This document shows, one piece after another, positions 9,040-18,793 of a stretch of DNA of 64,000 nucleotides. The DNA is taken from positions 41,272 to 105,271 of the forward strand of contig JAJYWB010000009.1 in NCBI GenBank assembly GCA_021791715.1, in the 5' to 3' direction. Made by a program: the position numbers and the translations under genes. Every line of letters starts with the position of its first letter. The stretch's first letter is position 1. The stretch is from Planctomycetota bacterium (lineage in GTDB: Bacteria > Planctomycetota > Planctomycetia > Isosphaerales > Isosphaeraceae). Below the pieces are notes generated by a model that saw only the letters and a list, made by a program, of their open reading frames with translations, was not told the DNA's origin and did no database searches.

Positions 9040-11016
9040 ATGTCGATTTTATTTATATCCTTGTTCATCATTACTCAATCTTCCGACGTCGATCGGAATG
9101 ATTCAAGCTCGAACTTGATGAATGCGCCGGAAACCAAGAATTCGGTATTACAAGAGCGCATCAATCGAGCGTTATCGGCCGAATCCCAAGGTGATTCGGC
9201 GCTTCGTTCGCGAGAATTGATCAAATCGATTTTGATCGATCCGGATAACATAAAGGCTCGCGGCTTGCTCGGTTTCGTTCGATTCGATTCGAAGTGGATC
9301 AAGCCCGATCGTATCGGAGTCGATATGGCGCGATCCGCCGTGGATAGCGCGCTTTATAAAGAATATGAAACAATCAAATCCAAAACAAAAAACAACGCCG
9401 ACGATCAGTGGAAAACCGCGATTTGGTGTGAGGAACATGGATTATCCGAAGAGGCTCGGGCTCATTTTCACGTCGTCGGCTACCTCGATCCCACCAGAAC
9501 CGCGGCTTGGAATAAACTGGGATTTAAAAAATATCATGGCGAGTGGATGTCCGAATCGGATCGAAAGGAGATGATCGCCGAAGAACAAACGAGACGTAAA
9601 GCCGACGAATATTGGACGAAGCGTCTTTCGAATTGGAAAAAGATGCTGGCGATTCCTTCACAACGCGATCGAGCGCATTTATACCTTTCGACGGTCGACG
9701 ATCCGACGGCGGTTCCCTCGATTCGGCGGATCTTGATAGCGGGCGACGCGGATTGTCAGATCGAGGCGATCAAGATTTTGAAAAAAATCGACACGATCGA
9801 GGCGTCGGTCGCTTTGTCGACTTTATTGATCCACGGTCGTAATCGGGAGGTGGTCGATCGGACCTCCGATGAACTCAAAAAGAAACCTATCGATGATTAT
9901 CTACCTTTCTTAATTTCAAGATTAACGCATGAACTGAAGTACGAGATCCATTATTCCTCATTAACGGGAATGCCCGACGAAATGGTCGTCGATTTCGGAG
10001 ATTTTTTCGTTAAACGAAAATATGAATACAAAAAAAGTTTGCCTCAAGATACGATTTTTATGCTCAATAAGATGAAACGCCTCAACATCGATCCGTTCGA
10101 TCCTTCGGTTCGAAATTATCTTGAATCGCATCACGTCACAGCGCTCGAAAATTTCGTGAACGATTTTGATTTTATGAAAGACGACTACGGGTTTTTCAAT
10201 CCGAAATTCGCCGTGACCGGTAAAGCGTCGACCGGAATCCTATTCGGCAAGTCGTTTTACAACAATATCGACGAGTATCAAAGGTCCAATATGATAACTT
10301 TAAATAACATCCTGACAGACATAGAATTCATTAAGATATTCAACGGAGCGAGCCTCGTCACAAATCAAAGGATTATACATTATCTGGTCGAAATTTCGGG
10401 CAAAAATTTCGGCGCGAACTCGAAAGATTGGATGGAATGGTTTATTAAATACTCCGCGTATTCAACCGCATCGACGAACACAAGACTCTTAATTAAGCCT
10501 ATATTTGATCAGCTTGTGCCGAATTACTACACGCCGAATTACCTGAGAACACGATCGACGTTTTGTTTCGCTAAAGACACTCCGGTCGTTTGCGTTCAAG
10601 GATATAAATCGATTCAATCTTTGAAACCAGGCGATTTAATTTTGTCCCAAGACGTGACGAACGGCGAATTGAGTTTCAAGCCCGTTTTACGGGCAATAAG
10701 CAATCCGCCCCAACCCGCGATCGATATCGATTTCGGAAGAGATAAGATCACATCGACAGATATCCATCGTTTCTGGATCTCCGGCAAAGGCTGGGCGCCC
10801 GCTCGAGACTTGCATCCAGGCGATCGAATTCGCGCTTTGAACGGCGTTCTCGAGGTCAAAAAGATCGAACATCGTCCGGTTCAACCCGTTTTCAATCTCG
10901 TGGTCGCGGAGAATCACGACTTTTTCGTCGGTCATTCGGCCGCTCTCGTGCACGACAACGATTACGCTCCGCGTGTCGAGAGACCGTTCGATCGCGTCTC
11001 GAATGATTCGCGATGA
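9040..11016 (+). CDS. secreted hypothetical protein with C-terminal Hint (Hedgehog/intein-like) domain
   Basis: Signal-like N-terminus MSILFISLFIITQSS. C-terminal ~140 aa run from 'CFAKDTPVVCVQGYKSIQSLKPGDLILSQD' (Cys-1 block) through 'TDIH' (TxxH block) to 'HDFFVGHSAALVHDND' (terminal HN-like block). Only ~18 aa follow. Distinctly lower GC than the flanks. Confidence 0.6.
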   Translation: MSILFISLFIITQSSDVDRNDSSSNLMNAPETKNSVLQERINRALSAESQGDSALRSRELIKSILIDPDNIKARGLLGFVRFDSKWIKPDRIGVDMARSAVDSALYKEYETIKSKTKNNADDQWKTAIWCEEHGLSEEARAHFHVVGYLDPTRTAAWNKLGFKKYHGEWMSESDRKEMIAEEQTRRKADEYWTKRLSNWKKMLAIPSQRDRAHLYLSTVDDPTAVPSIRRILIAGDADCQIEAIKILKKIDTIEASVALSTLLIHGRNREVVDRTSDELKKKPIDDYLPFLISRLTHELKYEIHYSSLTGMPDEMVVDFGDFFVKRKYEYKKSLPQDTIFMLNKMKRLNIDPFDPSVRNYLESHHVTALENFVNDFDFMKDDYGFFNPKFAVTGKASTGILFGKSFYNNIDEYQRSNMITLNNILTDIEFIKIFNGASLVTNQRIIHYLVEISGKNFGANSKDWMEWFIKYSAYSTASTNTRLLIKPIFDQLVPNYYTPNYLRTRSTFCFAKDTPVVCVQGYKSIQSLKPGDLILSQDVTNGELSFKPVLRAISNPPQPAIDIDFGRDKITSTDIHRFWISGKGWAPARDLHPGDRIRALNGVLEVKKIEHRPVQPVFNLVVAENHDFFVGHSAALVHDNDYAPRVERPFDRVSNDSR

Positions 11017-11072
11017 GAAGGATTCGCATTATTCACCAATAACCTCGATATTATTTTCTTGGAGATTCGATT

Positions 11073-12569
11073 ATGACTCATCCTCGTTCATTTATGACAC
11101 TCTTTTTCTTCATCTTCACGATTGCATCGAACGGATTCGGGCAGACTGCGAACGATTTATTACAAAAAGCGGTCGCCTTGATAGCCGAAGACAAGATCGA
11201 CGAGGCGATCGAATCGCTCAATCGTTCTATCGCATTGGATCCTTCAATTTCAAGAGCATATAGTCACCTCGGTTTCTGTCTTATTGATAAGCAAGTATCT
11301 ACAAAAACTATCGATTGTTTCGAAAAAGCGATCAAGCTTGATCAAAAAGATTTTCTTCCTCATTTTTACCTGGGAACTTATTATATGATGCAATTGGAAA
11401 AATATGATAGCGCTCTTAATCATTTTCTACAAAGCATCGATTTATATCCGGTTTTTGATGTGTCTTATTTGTATTCTGGAATCTGCTCTTTAAATTTAAA
11501 TAAAGATGATGATGCAATGAAGTACATAATTAAAGGCTTAACTCTAATACAAAACAAGCAAAGTTCCTATAAAGGATTATTCTACTTTTATAAAGGATTA
11601 ATTGAACTTCAATCCGGTCGTTTTGATTCAGCGGAAAACGACTTGAAAAACTCGATGAAAATGATCGGAGATCCTAAAGTCTATCTTCTACTCGGCTCTT
11701 TGTCTGATATTCAAGGCGATCATTCCGAATCGATAGCATACAACGCGATTATATTAAAAAATGATATGGAACTACTAAAATCATATAATACAAAAACTAA
11801 TATAGGTGCGGTCGTGTTTAAAACCGATCGGATCAATCAGTCGAATCAACTTGTTGTTTTGGGTGCGGCGTATCATCGCATAGGAGATATGGATAAGGCG
11901 TTGAATCGACTAAATAGAGCCTTGCGGATCGTGGAAAACAACTCATTCGCGTTGACCGAACGCGCATATCTCTATTTGCATTGTGGAAATCTTGAAGCAT
12001 CTATCAATGATCTGAATAAATCCATGGAAATTTGCCCCTCCAAATCGAAAAATTACCTATTAAAATCGGCGGCGGAGATAACGATCAATCCCAAGGACGC
12101 TCCGGAACTCGCCAAAAACTTCGTCAAATTACGTTCCTGGAAGGATCCGGATTCGACGATCGCCACGATAATCGGTTCGCTCGGGGCGATTAAGGCAGGG
12201 GACAAAACGACGTCGACGTCTCTGATAGACGAGGCGATCAAACACTCCAAAAAGAACGTGTGGCCCTATCCGCTCCTCAAGTATCTTCGCGGAGAATTCG
12301 ATGAGAATCTACTCAATAAATCGGCTCGTACCCCCGATCAAAAAAGCGACGCTCAAGCCGTTATCGGTTTGATCGCGGTCGCTCGCGGTAGAAAAGACAA
12401 GGCGTCTGAGCATTTTCATTGGCTCCTCAAACAAGGAAATCCTCGATCGCTCTATTTTGATATCGCTATGAATGAATTGAGAAAAATTGAAGGAAGGAAA
12501 AGCGTCGACGACGCCGTCGCACAATATTGCTCAAAACTCTATAAATCATACATGAACACAAAAAAGTAA
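11073..12569 (+). CDS. TPR repeat protein with signal peptide
   Basis: Signal MTLFFFIFTIASNGFGQ. Multiple 34-aa TPR-like repeats (AYSHLGFCLIDKQ..., HFYLGTYYMMQLEKYDSAL..., YLLLGSLSDIQGD...). AT-rich. Confidence 0.75.
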   Translation: MTHPRSFMTLFFFIFTIASNGFGQTANDLLQKAVALIAEDKIDEAIESLNRSIALDPSISRAYSHLGFCLIDKQVSTKTIDCFEKAIKLDQKDFLPHFYLGTYYMMQLEKYDSALNHFLQSIDLYPVFDVSYLYSGICSLNLNKDDDAMKYIIKGLTLIQNKQSSYKGLFYFYKGLIELQSGRFDSAENDLKNSMKMIGDPKVYLLLGSLSDIQGDHSESIAYNAIILKNDMELLKSYNTKTNIGAVVFKTDRINQSNQLVVLGAAYHRIGDMDKALNRLNRALRIVENNSFALTERAYLYLHCGNLEASINDLNKSMEICPSKSKNYLLKSAAEITINPKDAPELAKNFVKLRSWKDPDSTIATIIGSLGAIKAGDKTTSTSLIDEAIKHSKKNVWPYPLLKYLRGEFDENLLNKSARTPDQKSDAQAVIGLIAVARGRKDKASEHFHWLLKQGNPRSLYFDIAMNELRKIEGRKSVDDAVAQYCSKLYKSYMNTKK

Positions 12570-12663
12570 AATTATAACACAATATTATTTTCTATTCTTA
12601 TCACATATTGATTAGAATGTTTTGTTTCATTAAGACCGATATTATTCGACTATCGCCGTTTTC

Positions 12664-13863
12664 ATGATGAAAATCCTCTTCGCTTCAGCCCACTGCGTGA
12701 TCGATCCATCAAGCGGCGCGGCGATAGCAACCCGCGAACTCCTCGAATCGCTCGTCGCGCTAGGAGACGATTGCCGCGCGTTCTGCATGGGAATCTTCGA
12801 TTACCACCACGAAACACGACCCGAAGACTTTTTATCGTCGCTCGAAGCCGAGATTCATATGGCGCTCGCCGAAGCCGCTTCAGGCGCCGAGGTATCGATC
12901 TTCGACCTCGCGTTAAACGGCGTGAGAACGACGATCGTTCCCACGCAATCGAGCCGCGCCGATCGATCGCCGACACACGCCGAATCGATCGCATTTCTCG
13001 ATCTCTACGAAGTCATCCTCGATCGCTTCCAACCCGACCTCGTTTTAACCTACGGCGGGCATCCCGTCGGTATCGAGCTGATGAAACGCGCTCGCAAACG
13101 GAACATCGCCGTCGTTTTCCAGATCCATAACTTCGCGTATAAAGATCGCCAGGCGTTCGCATTCGCGTCACATATCCTTGTTCCTTCACAATTCAGTCGC
13201 GATTATTATCAAAGAACGCTGGGACTCGACGCCAAGGCGATCGACCCTCCGTTTCGTCTCGATCGCACGTTCGTTGCCGAAACCGAGCGTAAACCTCGTT
13301 ATCTCACATTCGTCAATCCCGATCCTTCGAAGGGGTTCACGTTATGGGCTCGGATCGCTTATGAACTCAGTCGTCGCAGGCCCGATATCCCGCTCCTTGT
13401 CGTTGAAAGCCGTGGCAAGGCGTTCGATCTCGTTCACCTTGATATCGATCTCTCGGATCACCCCAATTTGCATCGCATGGCGAATACGCACGATCCCAGA
13501 CACTTTTATCGCGAGTCGCGCGCGATCTTAATCCCTTCGCTTTTTCTCGAATCGTTCGGCCTGACGGCGCGCGAGGAGCTCGTCAATTCGATCCCCGTGC
13601 TCGCGTCGGATCGGGGCGCCTTACCTGAAACGCTCGGATCGGCGGGATTCACATTTCCGATCCCTTCGCGATACACGCCGATTACGCTCGAAGCGCCGAC
13701 CGCCGAGGAAATCTATCCCTGGATCGATAAGATCGAACGCCTTTGGGACGATCCGGCGTTCGAGGCCAAGGCTCATGAAAAAGCGTGGAACGAATCGCTG
13801 AGATGGGATCCGATCATAATCGCAAAACGATATCACGAGCATTTTGAGTCGATCGCGCGGTGA
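12664..13863 (+). CDS. glycosyltransferase family 4 (GT-B, group 1)
   Basis: C-terminal 'PSLFLESFGLTAREELVNSIPVLASDRGALPE' matches the GT4 E-x7-E/donor-binding region. N-terminal Rossmann half. Confidence 0.7.
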   Translation: MMKILFASAHCVIDPSSGAAIATRELLESLVALGDDCRAFCMGIFDYHHETRPEDFLSSLEAEIHMALAEAASGAEVSIFDLALNGVRTTIVPTQSSRADRSPTHAESIAFLDLYEVILDRFQPDLVLTYGGHPVGIELMKRARKRNIAVVFQIHNFAYKDRQAFAFASHILVPSQFSRDYYQRTLGLDAKAIDPPFRLDRTFVAETERKPRYLTFVNPDPSKGFTLWARIAYELSRRRPDIPLLVVESRGKAFDLVHLDIDLSDHPNLHRMANTHDPRHFYRESRAILIPSLFLESFGLTAREELVNSIPVLASDRGALPETLGSAGFTFPIPSRYTPITLEAPTAEEIYPWIDKIERLWDDPAFEAKAHEKAWNESLRWDPIIIAKRYHEHFESIAR

Positions 13864-13995
13864 GAGCAATCCCGCGTCGATCTCGTTTTGAAAAATGAGC
13901 CGTTTCATGCACTGGGTATCGATATCATAAAAATTATATTCATATATTAATTACTTTTATTATTAATGATATTTCATATCTGCATTTTATCACAT

Positions 13996-14988
13996 TTAGA
14001 TTGAAGCGCACGCCGGAGTTTTGTCGCTCTTCGGGGGCGACGCCGCGGGGCGCACGGGAGCGTCGATCGTCCAATCCCACGCCCACACCTGGTTGCGGCC
14101 GGCGTTCTTGGCCGCGTAAACCGAGCGATCGGCGCGGCGGAGCAGATCGCACGGCGAATCGGCCGAAAAATCGGTCGCGCACGCGACGCCGAGGCTCGCC
14201 GTCACGGTGATCATCGATTCGTGACACGGGACGATCGTTCGCTCGAACGACTCGCGGAATCGCTCGGCGAGGTCGATCGCCCCCTCGAGACCGCACCGGG
14301 GCGCGAGAACCACAAGCTCCTCGCCGCCGTACCGAGCGACAAAATCGGCGCTCCGCGCCGTCCTCCGCAACATCCGAGCCGATTGCCGCAAAACCTCGTC
14401 CCCCGCGGCGTGACCATAACGATCGTTGATTTGCTTAAAATGATCAAGATCAATAAATAAAGCTGAGAATGGATCGTTCGTCCGTTTGCACGTGTCCCAG
14501 ATTCTCCGAGCCTGTTCCTCGAGCGCGTGGCGATTCGCCAGCCCCGTCAGGCCGTCGATGTGCGCCAGGCGTTCGAGCAGGTCTTGGAGGTATTTCGTCC
14601 GGAGCGCGGCGCGAACGCGAGCCTGGAGTTCGGTCGGATCGAACGGTTTGGAGATGAAATCGACCGATCCCGAATCGAGCCCGCGAACCTTCTCGGCGGT
14701 TGAAGCCGCGGCGGAAAGGAAGATCACCGGGATCGACCGCGATCGCGGAACTTCTTTGATCCGCTTGATCACCTCGAAGCCGCTCATTCCCGGCAGCCGC
14801 AATTCGAGCAGGATCAGGTCGGGACGATACGTCGTGCAGGCGCCCAAACCCGAGATCATATCGAGCGCTTCAAAAACCTCGCAGCCGTCGGAGGTGAGCC
14901 AGTTGCGGAGGAAGCGACGATCCGCGGCGTCGTGCTCAATCAACAGCACGCGACGCGAAAGATCCGAATCGCCAAGATCGAACGTCAT
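13996..14988 (-). CDS. response regulator receiver + GGDEF diguanylate cyclase (PleD-like)
   Basis: REC domain (VLLIEHDAADRRFL...LILLELRLPGMSGFEV...IPVIFLSA). GGDEF domain with 'RYGGEELVVL' (GGEEL variant) and RxxD-like region. Confidence 0.8.
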   Translation of the reverse strand: MTFDLGDSDLSRRVLLIEHDAADRRFLRNWLTSDGCEVFEALDMISGLGACTTYRPDLILLELRLPGMSGFEVIKRIKEVPRSRSIPVIFLSAAASTAEKVRGLDSGSVDFISKPFDPTELQARVRAALRTKYLQDLLERLAHIDGLTGLANRHALEEQARRIWDTCKRTNDPFSALFIDLDHFKQINDRYGHAAGDEVLRQSARMLRRTARSADFVARYGGEELVVLAPRCGLEGAIDLAERFRESFERTIVPCHESMITVTASLGVACATDFSADSPCDLLRRADRSVYAAKNAGRNQVWAWDWTIDAPVRPAASPPKSDKTPACASI

Positions 14989-15516
14989 GCTTGATCTCTT
15001 TCCGAATCGTCAAAGACCACAAACTCGACCACCATGCATGCATTACGTTACGCGGCGAAACGTCGTGTCAGCGATGTTGCGGAAAAACCAAGCGAAACCC
15101 GCTCGAACGGGTCGATGACGATCGATCTTCGAGACGATCGCTTGCTTTTTCGACTTCATCGGTTCGACCTTCGCTTCGATCGCGCGATCACCTTGAGCGG
15201 TAACCCGGCCTCGTTGGATTGTATCGGGCGCCTGCGGATTTTAGCGGAAAGGATGCGTTTTGTTTGCTTTTGGGTTGCGATCGGGAACGCGGACGCGGCT
15301 TCGTCAAAACCGAGGATCCGGCTTCGGGAAGATTCCAATTTTGCGTGTCCTATTGATTCGCGTGGCGTTTCGCGCGCGATTTGGTCGAAATTGGGAACGT
15401 CGCGATGCGGTTTGACGTCCCAGGGCGCGGCGGCGACGACGCGTCGATTTTTGTGCGCGAGTTCGCTCGCGGCGTGATCAGGCGACGAAGAGGCCCCCAA
15501 ACCATCCGGAATTCCC

Positions 15517-17577
15517 ATGGCTGAAGAAACGATCGACGCCGGTCTACTCGAGCAAACCAAAACTCAAATTCGCAAGCTCGTCGCCGAAATCGCCGAGCTC
15601 GCCGAATCCGACGTGCAACCTCCGGTCTTCCACACCGAGTTCCTCAATCGCGTGGTCGCCGCGGTCGCGGCTTCTGGCGGCGCGATCTGGCTGCTCGACG
15701 GTCGCAACAACCTTAGGCTCAACCATCAGGTGGAATTTCGCCTCACGGGTTTGCTCGACGGTCGCGTTCGATCGCAACCGCACGACGGCCTTTTGGGCTG
15801 CATGCTCAAGGCGACTCAACCCGTGATCATCCCGCCGGGGGCGGGAGTCGAGGGGGCTCCGGGCGCCGGCAATCCGACGGGTTTCGCGCTCATCATCGCG
15901 CCTTTGATCGTCGACAAACAGGTCGTCGGTCTGGTCGAAGTGTTGATGGACCCCAACCGCCAGGCCGCGACCCAAAAAAGCACGCTTCGGTTCATTAACG
16001 ATCTGTGCGATCTCGCCGAGGGTTATCTCAAAAATCGCCAGATGCGGCAGATTGTTTCGCAGCAGCAATTGTGGAATCAGCTCGAGGGGTTCACGCACGC
16101 GATTCACGGATCGCTCGACCTTAAAGAATCGGCTTACGCGGTCGTCAACGACGGTAAAAGGCTTGTCGGGTGCGATCGTTTGAGCGTGGCGCTCAAGATC
16201 GGCGGTCGGATCGTCATCGAGGCGGTGAGCGGTCAAGAGGTCGTCGAGCAGCGCGCCAATTTGATTCGCGAATTGACCAAGCTTTGCAAAGTCGCCGTGC
16301 TTTCGGGCGACGACCTCGTCTACACGGGCTCGACCGAAACGTTCGCTCCCGAAATTCGTGATGCGCTCGAGGCTTATGTCGACGAATCGGGGGCGAAAGC
16401 CGTCGTCATCACGCTGTTGTTCAAACCGGAAACCGATCCCACCAAAGATAAGATCGCGTTCGGCGCGTTGATCGCGGAACAAATCGGCGACGAAGTGGCG
16501 CCGACCGATATGCATGCGCGGACGGAAGTTGTGGCGCGGCACGGGTCGACGGCGCTTTGGAACGCACGCGAGCACGACAAGATCTTCCTTCGTCCGCTGC
16601 TCAAGATGATCGGTTCGCCCACCAAGTTTTTCCGGGGTAGAACGCTCGCCAAAATCGTCGCGGGGCTGGTCGCGGTCGCGGCGATCATCCTGATTCTCGC
16701 GTTCGTTCCCTGGAAACTGACGATCGAGGGGCGCGGAGCGCTTTGGCCCGATAACAAGCACAACACTTACGCGCCTTTGCCCGGCAAGGTTGTTCAGGTG
16801 TTCGCGGATCACGGGCAGAAGGTGAAAGAGGGGGATCCGCTCGTCAAGCTCGAGAGCAAAGAGATCTCGAAGAAATACTTTGAAATCATCGCTCAGCGCG
16901 AGGAATCGATCGTCAAATCGAAGAATTTGGCGAATCAGATCACCAAGGCGAAGGCCGACGATCGCGTGCAGTTGCAGGCGCAGCTCGCCGAGGAGGAGAT
17001 CAAGCTCGAAAGCGCCAAAGATCAGCTTGAAATCCTTCAGGATCAGCTCGCGTCGCTGGAGATCAAGGCGCCGCACGCGGGGATCATCACCACCTGGGAA
17101 CCGAAGAAAAACTTCATGAATCGTCCCGTCGACGTGGGAACCGAGCTCCTTTCGGTTCTTGATGTCGACGGCGAATGGGTGATGGATGTTGATGTACCCG
17201 ACGACGACATGAGCCCCGTGCGTCGAGCTTACGCTCAGCTTATGAAAGATATCGAAGCGGGACGGAAGAAGCCGGGATCGACGCTTTCGGCGTATTTCGT
17301 CTCGGCGACCGATCCCGAACACAGATATCCCGGCTACGTTCGGAAGATCTCGTCGAAAGCCGAACTTGTCGACACCAAACACGTGGTGAAGGTGACGATC
17401 GGCTTTAGCGATAAGGTTCGACGCGAATACGAGGCCAAGAACGGCCCGCTTCGGCCCGGCGCCGAGGTTCGCGCCCGGATCGATTGCGGTCAAGCGCGGC
17501 TCGCGTATGTCATCTTCCGCGACGTCATCCACGTGTTCTATGAAACCGTCTTGTTCCGATGGCCGTTTATGAACTGA
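15517..17577 (+). CDS. tandem GAF sensor domains - TM helix - HlyD-like membrane-fusion/biotin-lipoyl domain fusion protein
   Basis: Two GAF-like segments (GGAIWLLDGRNNLRL...GLVEVLMDP and VNDGKRLVGCDRLSVALKIGG...). TM helix LAKIVAGLVAVAAIILILAF. Then 'PGKVVQVFADHGQKVKEGDPLVKLES', a long coiled coil, and 'IKAPHAGIITTWEP' hairpin/beta-barrel blocks of HlyD/MFP proteins. Confidence 0.65.
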   Translation: MAEETIDAGLLEQTKTQIRKLVAEIAELAESDVQPPVFHTEFLNRVVAAVAASGGAIWLLDGRNNLRLNHQVEFRLTGLLDGRVRSQPHDGLLGCMLKATQPVIIPPGAGVEGAPGAGNPTGFALIIAPLIVDKQVVGLVEVLMDPNRQAATQKSTLRFINDLCDLAEGYLKNRQMRQIVSQQQLWNQLEGFTHAIHGSLDLKESAYAVVNDGKRLVGCDRLSVALKIGGRIVIEAVSGQEVVEQRANLIRELTKLCKVAVLSGDDLVYTGSTETFAPEIRDALEAYVDESGAKAVVITLLFKPETDPTKDKIAFGALIAEQIGDEVAPTDMHARTEVVARHGSTALWNAREHDKIFLRPLLKMIGSPTKFFRGRTLAKIVAGLVAVAAIILILAFVPWKLTIEGRGALWPDNKHNTYAPLPGKVVQVFADHGQKVKEGDPLVKLESKEISKKYFEIIAQREESIVKSKNLANQITKAKADDRVQLQAQLAEEEIKLESAKDQLEILQDQLASLEIKAPHAGIITTWEPKKNFMNRPVDVGTELLSVLDVDGEWVMDVDVPDDDMSPVRRAYAQLMKDIEAGRKKPGSTLSAYFVSATDPEHRYPGYVRKISSKAELVDTKHVVKVTIGFSDKVRREYEAKNGPLRPGAEVRARIDCGQARLAYVIFRDVIHVFYETVLFRWPFMN

Positions 17578-17694
17578 TTCACACGGCTGAAACCTCTTTT
17601 TGTTGTTACGACCCTGATTTGATTGTCGAGGTCGTCGTGATGAACGACCCGGCCGGCCTGCAATCCGTTCCATCCGATACCGGAGATCCAAGAG

Positions 17695-18696
17695 ATGTCG
17701 ACGTCCCTGAAATTCGCGATCGCGGCGGCCATGACGATCGGCGTCGTGTCGATCGCGGCGACGGCTCAAGAGATCGGCGATCGTTCCGCCGACGGCCAAA
17801 AATCGTTCATCGTGCACGACGGAGAAGTGAGCTGGCTGTCGAAATCGGACGTCGCTGCGCTCCGTGAAGGCGTGCTGGAAAAAATGGAGCTTCATGTCGG
17901 CAGCACGGTGGAAAAAGACGGAGTCGTCGGCGTTCTGAACGATCGGATGGCGAAGCTCGCGGTGCGGAAGGCGATGATCGTCGCCAAAGAAACCGCTCCT
18001 GTTGAAAAGGCCGACGCCGAACGTCAACGCGCGCTCAAATCGCTGGCGCGGATGGAACGTTTGAACGGCAAAATCCCCAACACCGCGTCGAAAGAAGAGA
18101 TCGAAAAAGCCGAGGCCGAGGTGATGGTTTCGGAAGCGGCGATTCACGAGGCGCGAGAAAAACAGACCGAGGCGCAGATCGAACTGAGCATCGCGCAGGA
18201 ATCGCTCGAGGAACACACGATCAAGGCGCCGTTTTCGGGTGTGATTATTGAGCAGCATAAGTATCCGGGCGAGAGCGTTCGAGCCAACGAGCCCGTCGTC
18301 AGGCTGGCGAATCTCGATCGATTGCGCGTTCACTGTTACGTTCCGCTCGAATACGCCTTCCGGGTTCGCGTGGGGATGCTCGTCGACGTGAAACCCTCGA
18401 TCCCCGACATCGCCTTGCCGATCGAACGCAAGCTTTTCCGCGGCAAGATCACGTTTGTGGATCCCGAGGTTCAGGTCGCGGGCGAAAAGAAACGACGCGT
18501 CTTCGTCGACGTGGAAAACAACGAGGAACGCGAACTTCAGCCGGGAATGGAAGCCGATTTGAAGATTTACATCGATCCCGAATCGGCGCCTCCGCCTCCG
18601 TCCGATATGATCAAACGAGTCGCCGAGACCGGTACCGGGGCGAAGGAACCGCTCCCGTCGAACGAAACCCAACCGGCTCGGAGCGTGAAACGATGA
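17695..18696 (+). CDS. HlyD family periplasmic adaptor (membrane fusion protein-like), signal peptide
   Basis: Signal MSTSLKFAIAAAMTIGVVSIAATAQE. Lipoyl half 'LHVGSTVEKDGVVGVL', coiled coil, 'IKAPFSGVIIEQHKYPGESVRANEPVVRLANLDRLRVHCYVPL'. Confidence 0.65.
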   Translation: MSTSLKFAIAAAMTIGVVSIAATAQEIGDRSADGQKSFIVHDGEVSWLSKSDVAALREGVLEKMELHVGSTVEKDGVVGVLNDRMAKLAVRKAMIVAKETAPVEKADAERQRALKSLARMERLNGKIPNTASKEEIEKAEAEVMVSEAAIHEAREKQTEAQIELSIAQESLEEHTIKAPFSGVIIEQHKYPGESVRANEPVVRLANLDRLRVHCYVPLEYAFRVRVGMLVDVKPSIPDIALPIERKLFRGKITFVDPEVQVAGEKKRRVFVDVENNEERELQPGMEADLKIYIDPESAPPPPSDMIKRVAETGTGAKEPLPSNETQPARSVKR

Positions 18697-18793
18697 CTTT
18701 CGCGCATCCGACCCGAGGCGACCGTTTCCACGCGATTTCGCGCATTCGCGGCCGATCGCTTTCGCTCGATCCTCGATCAAGGAGCGTCGTTTT

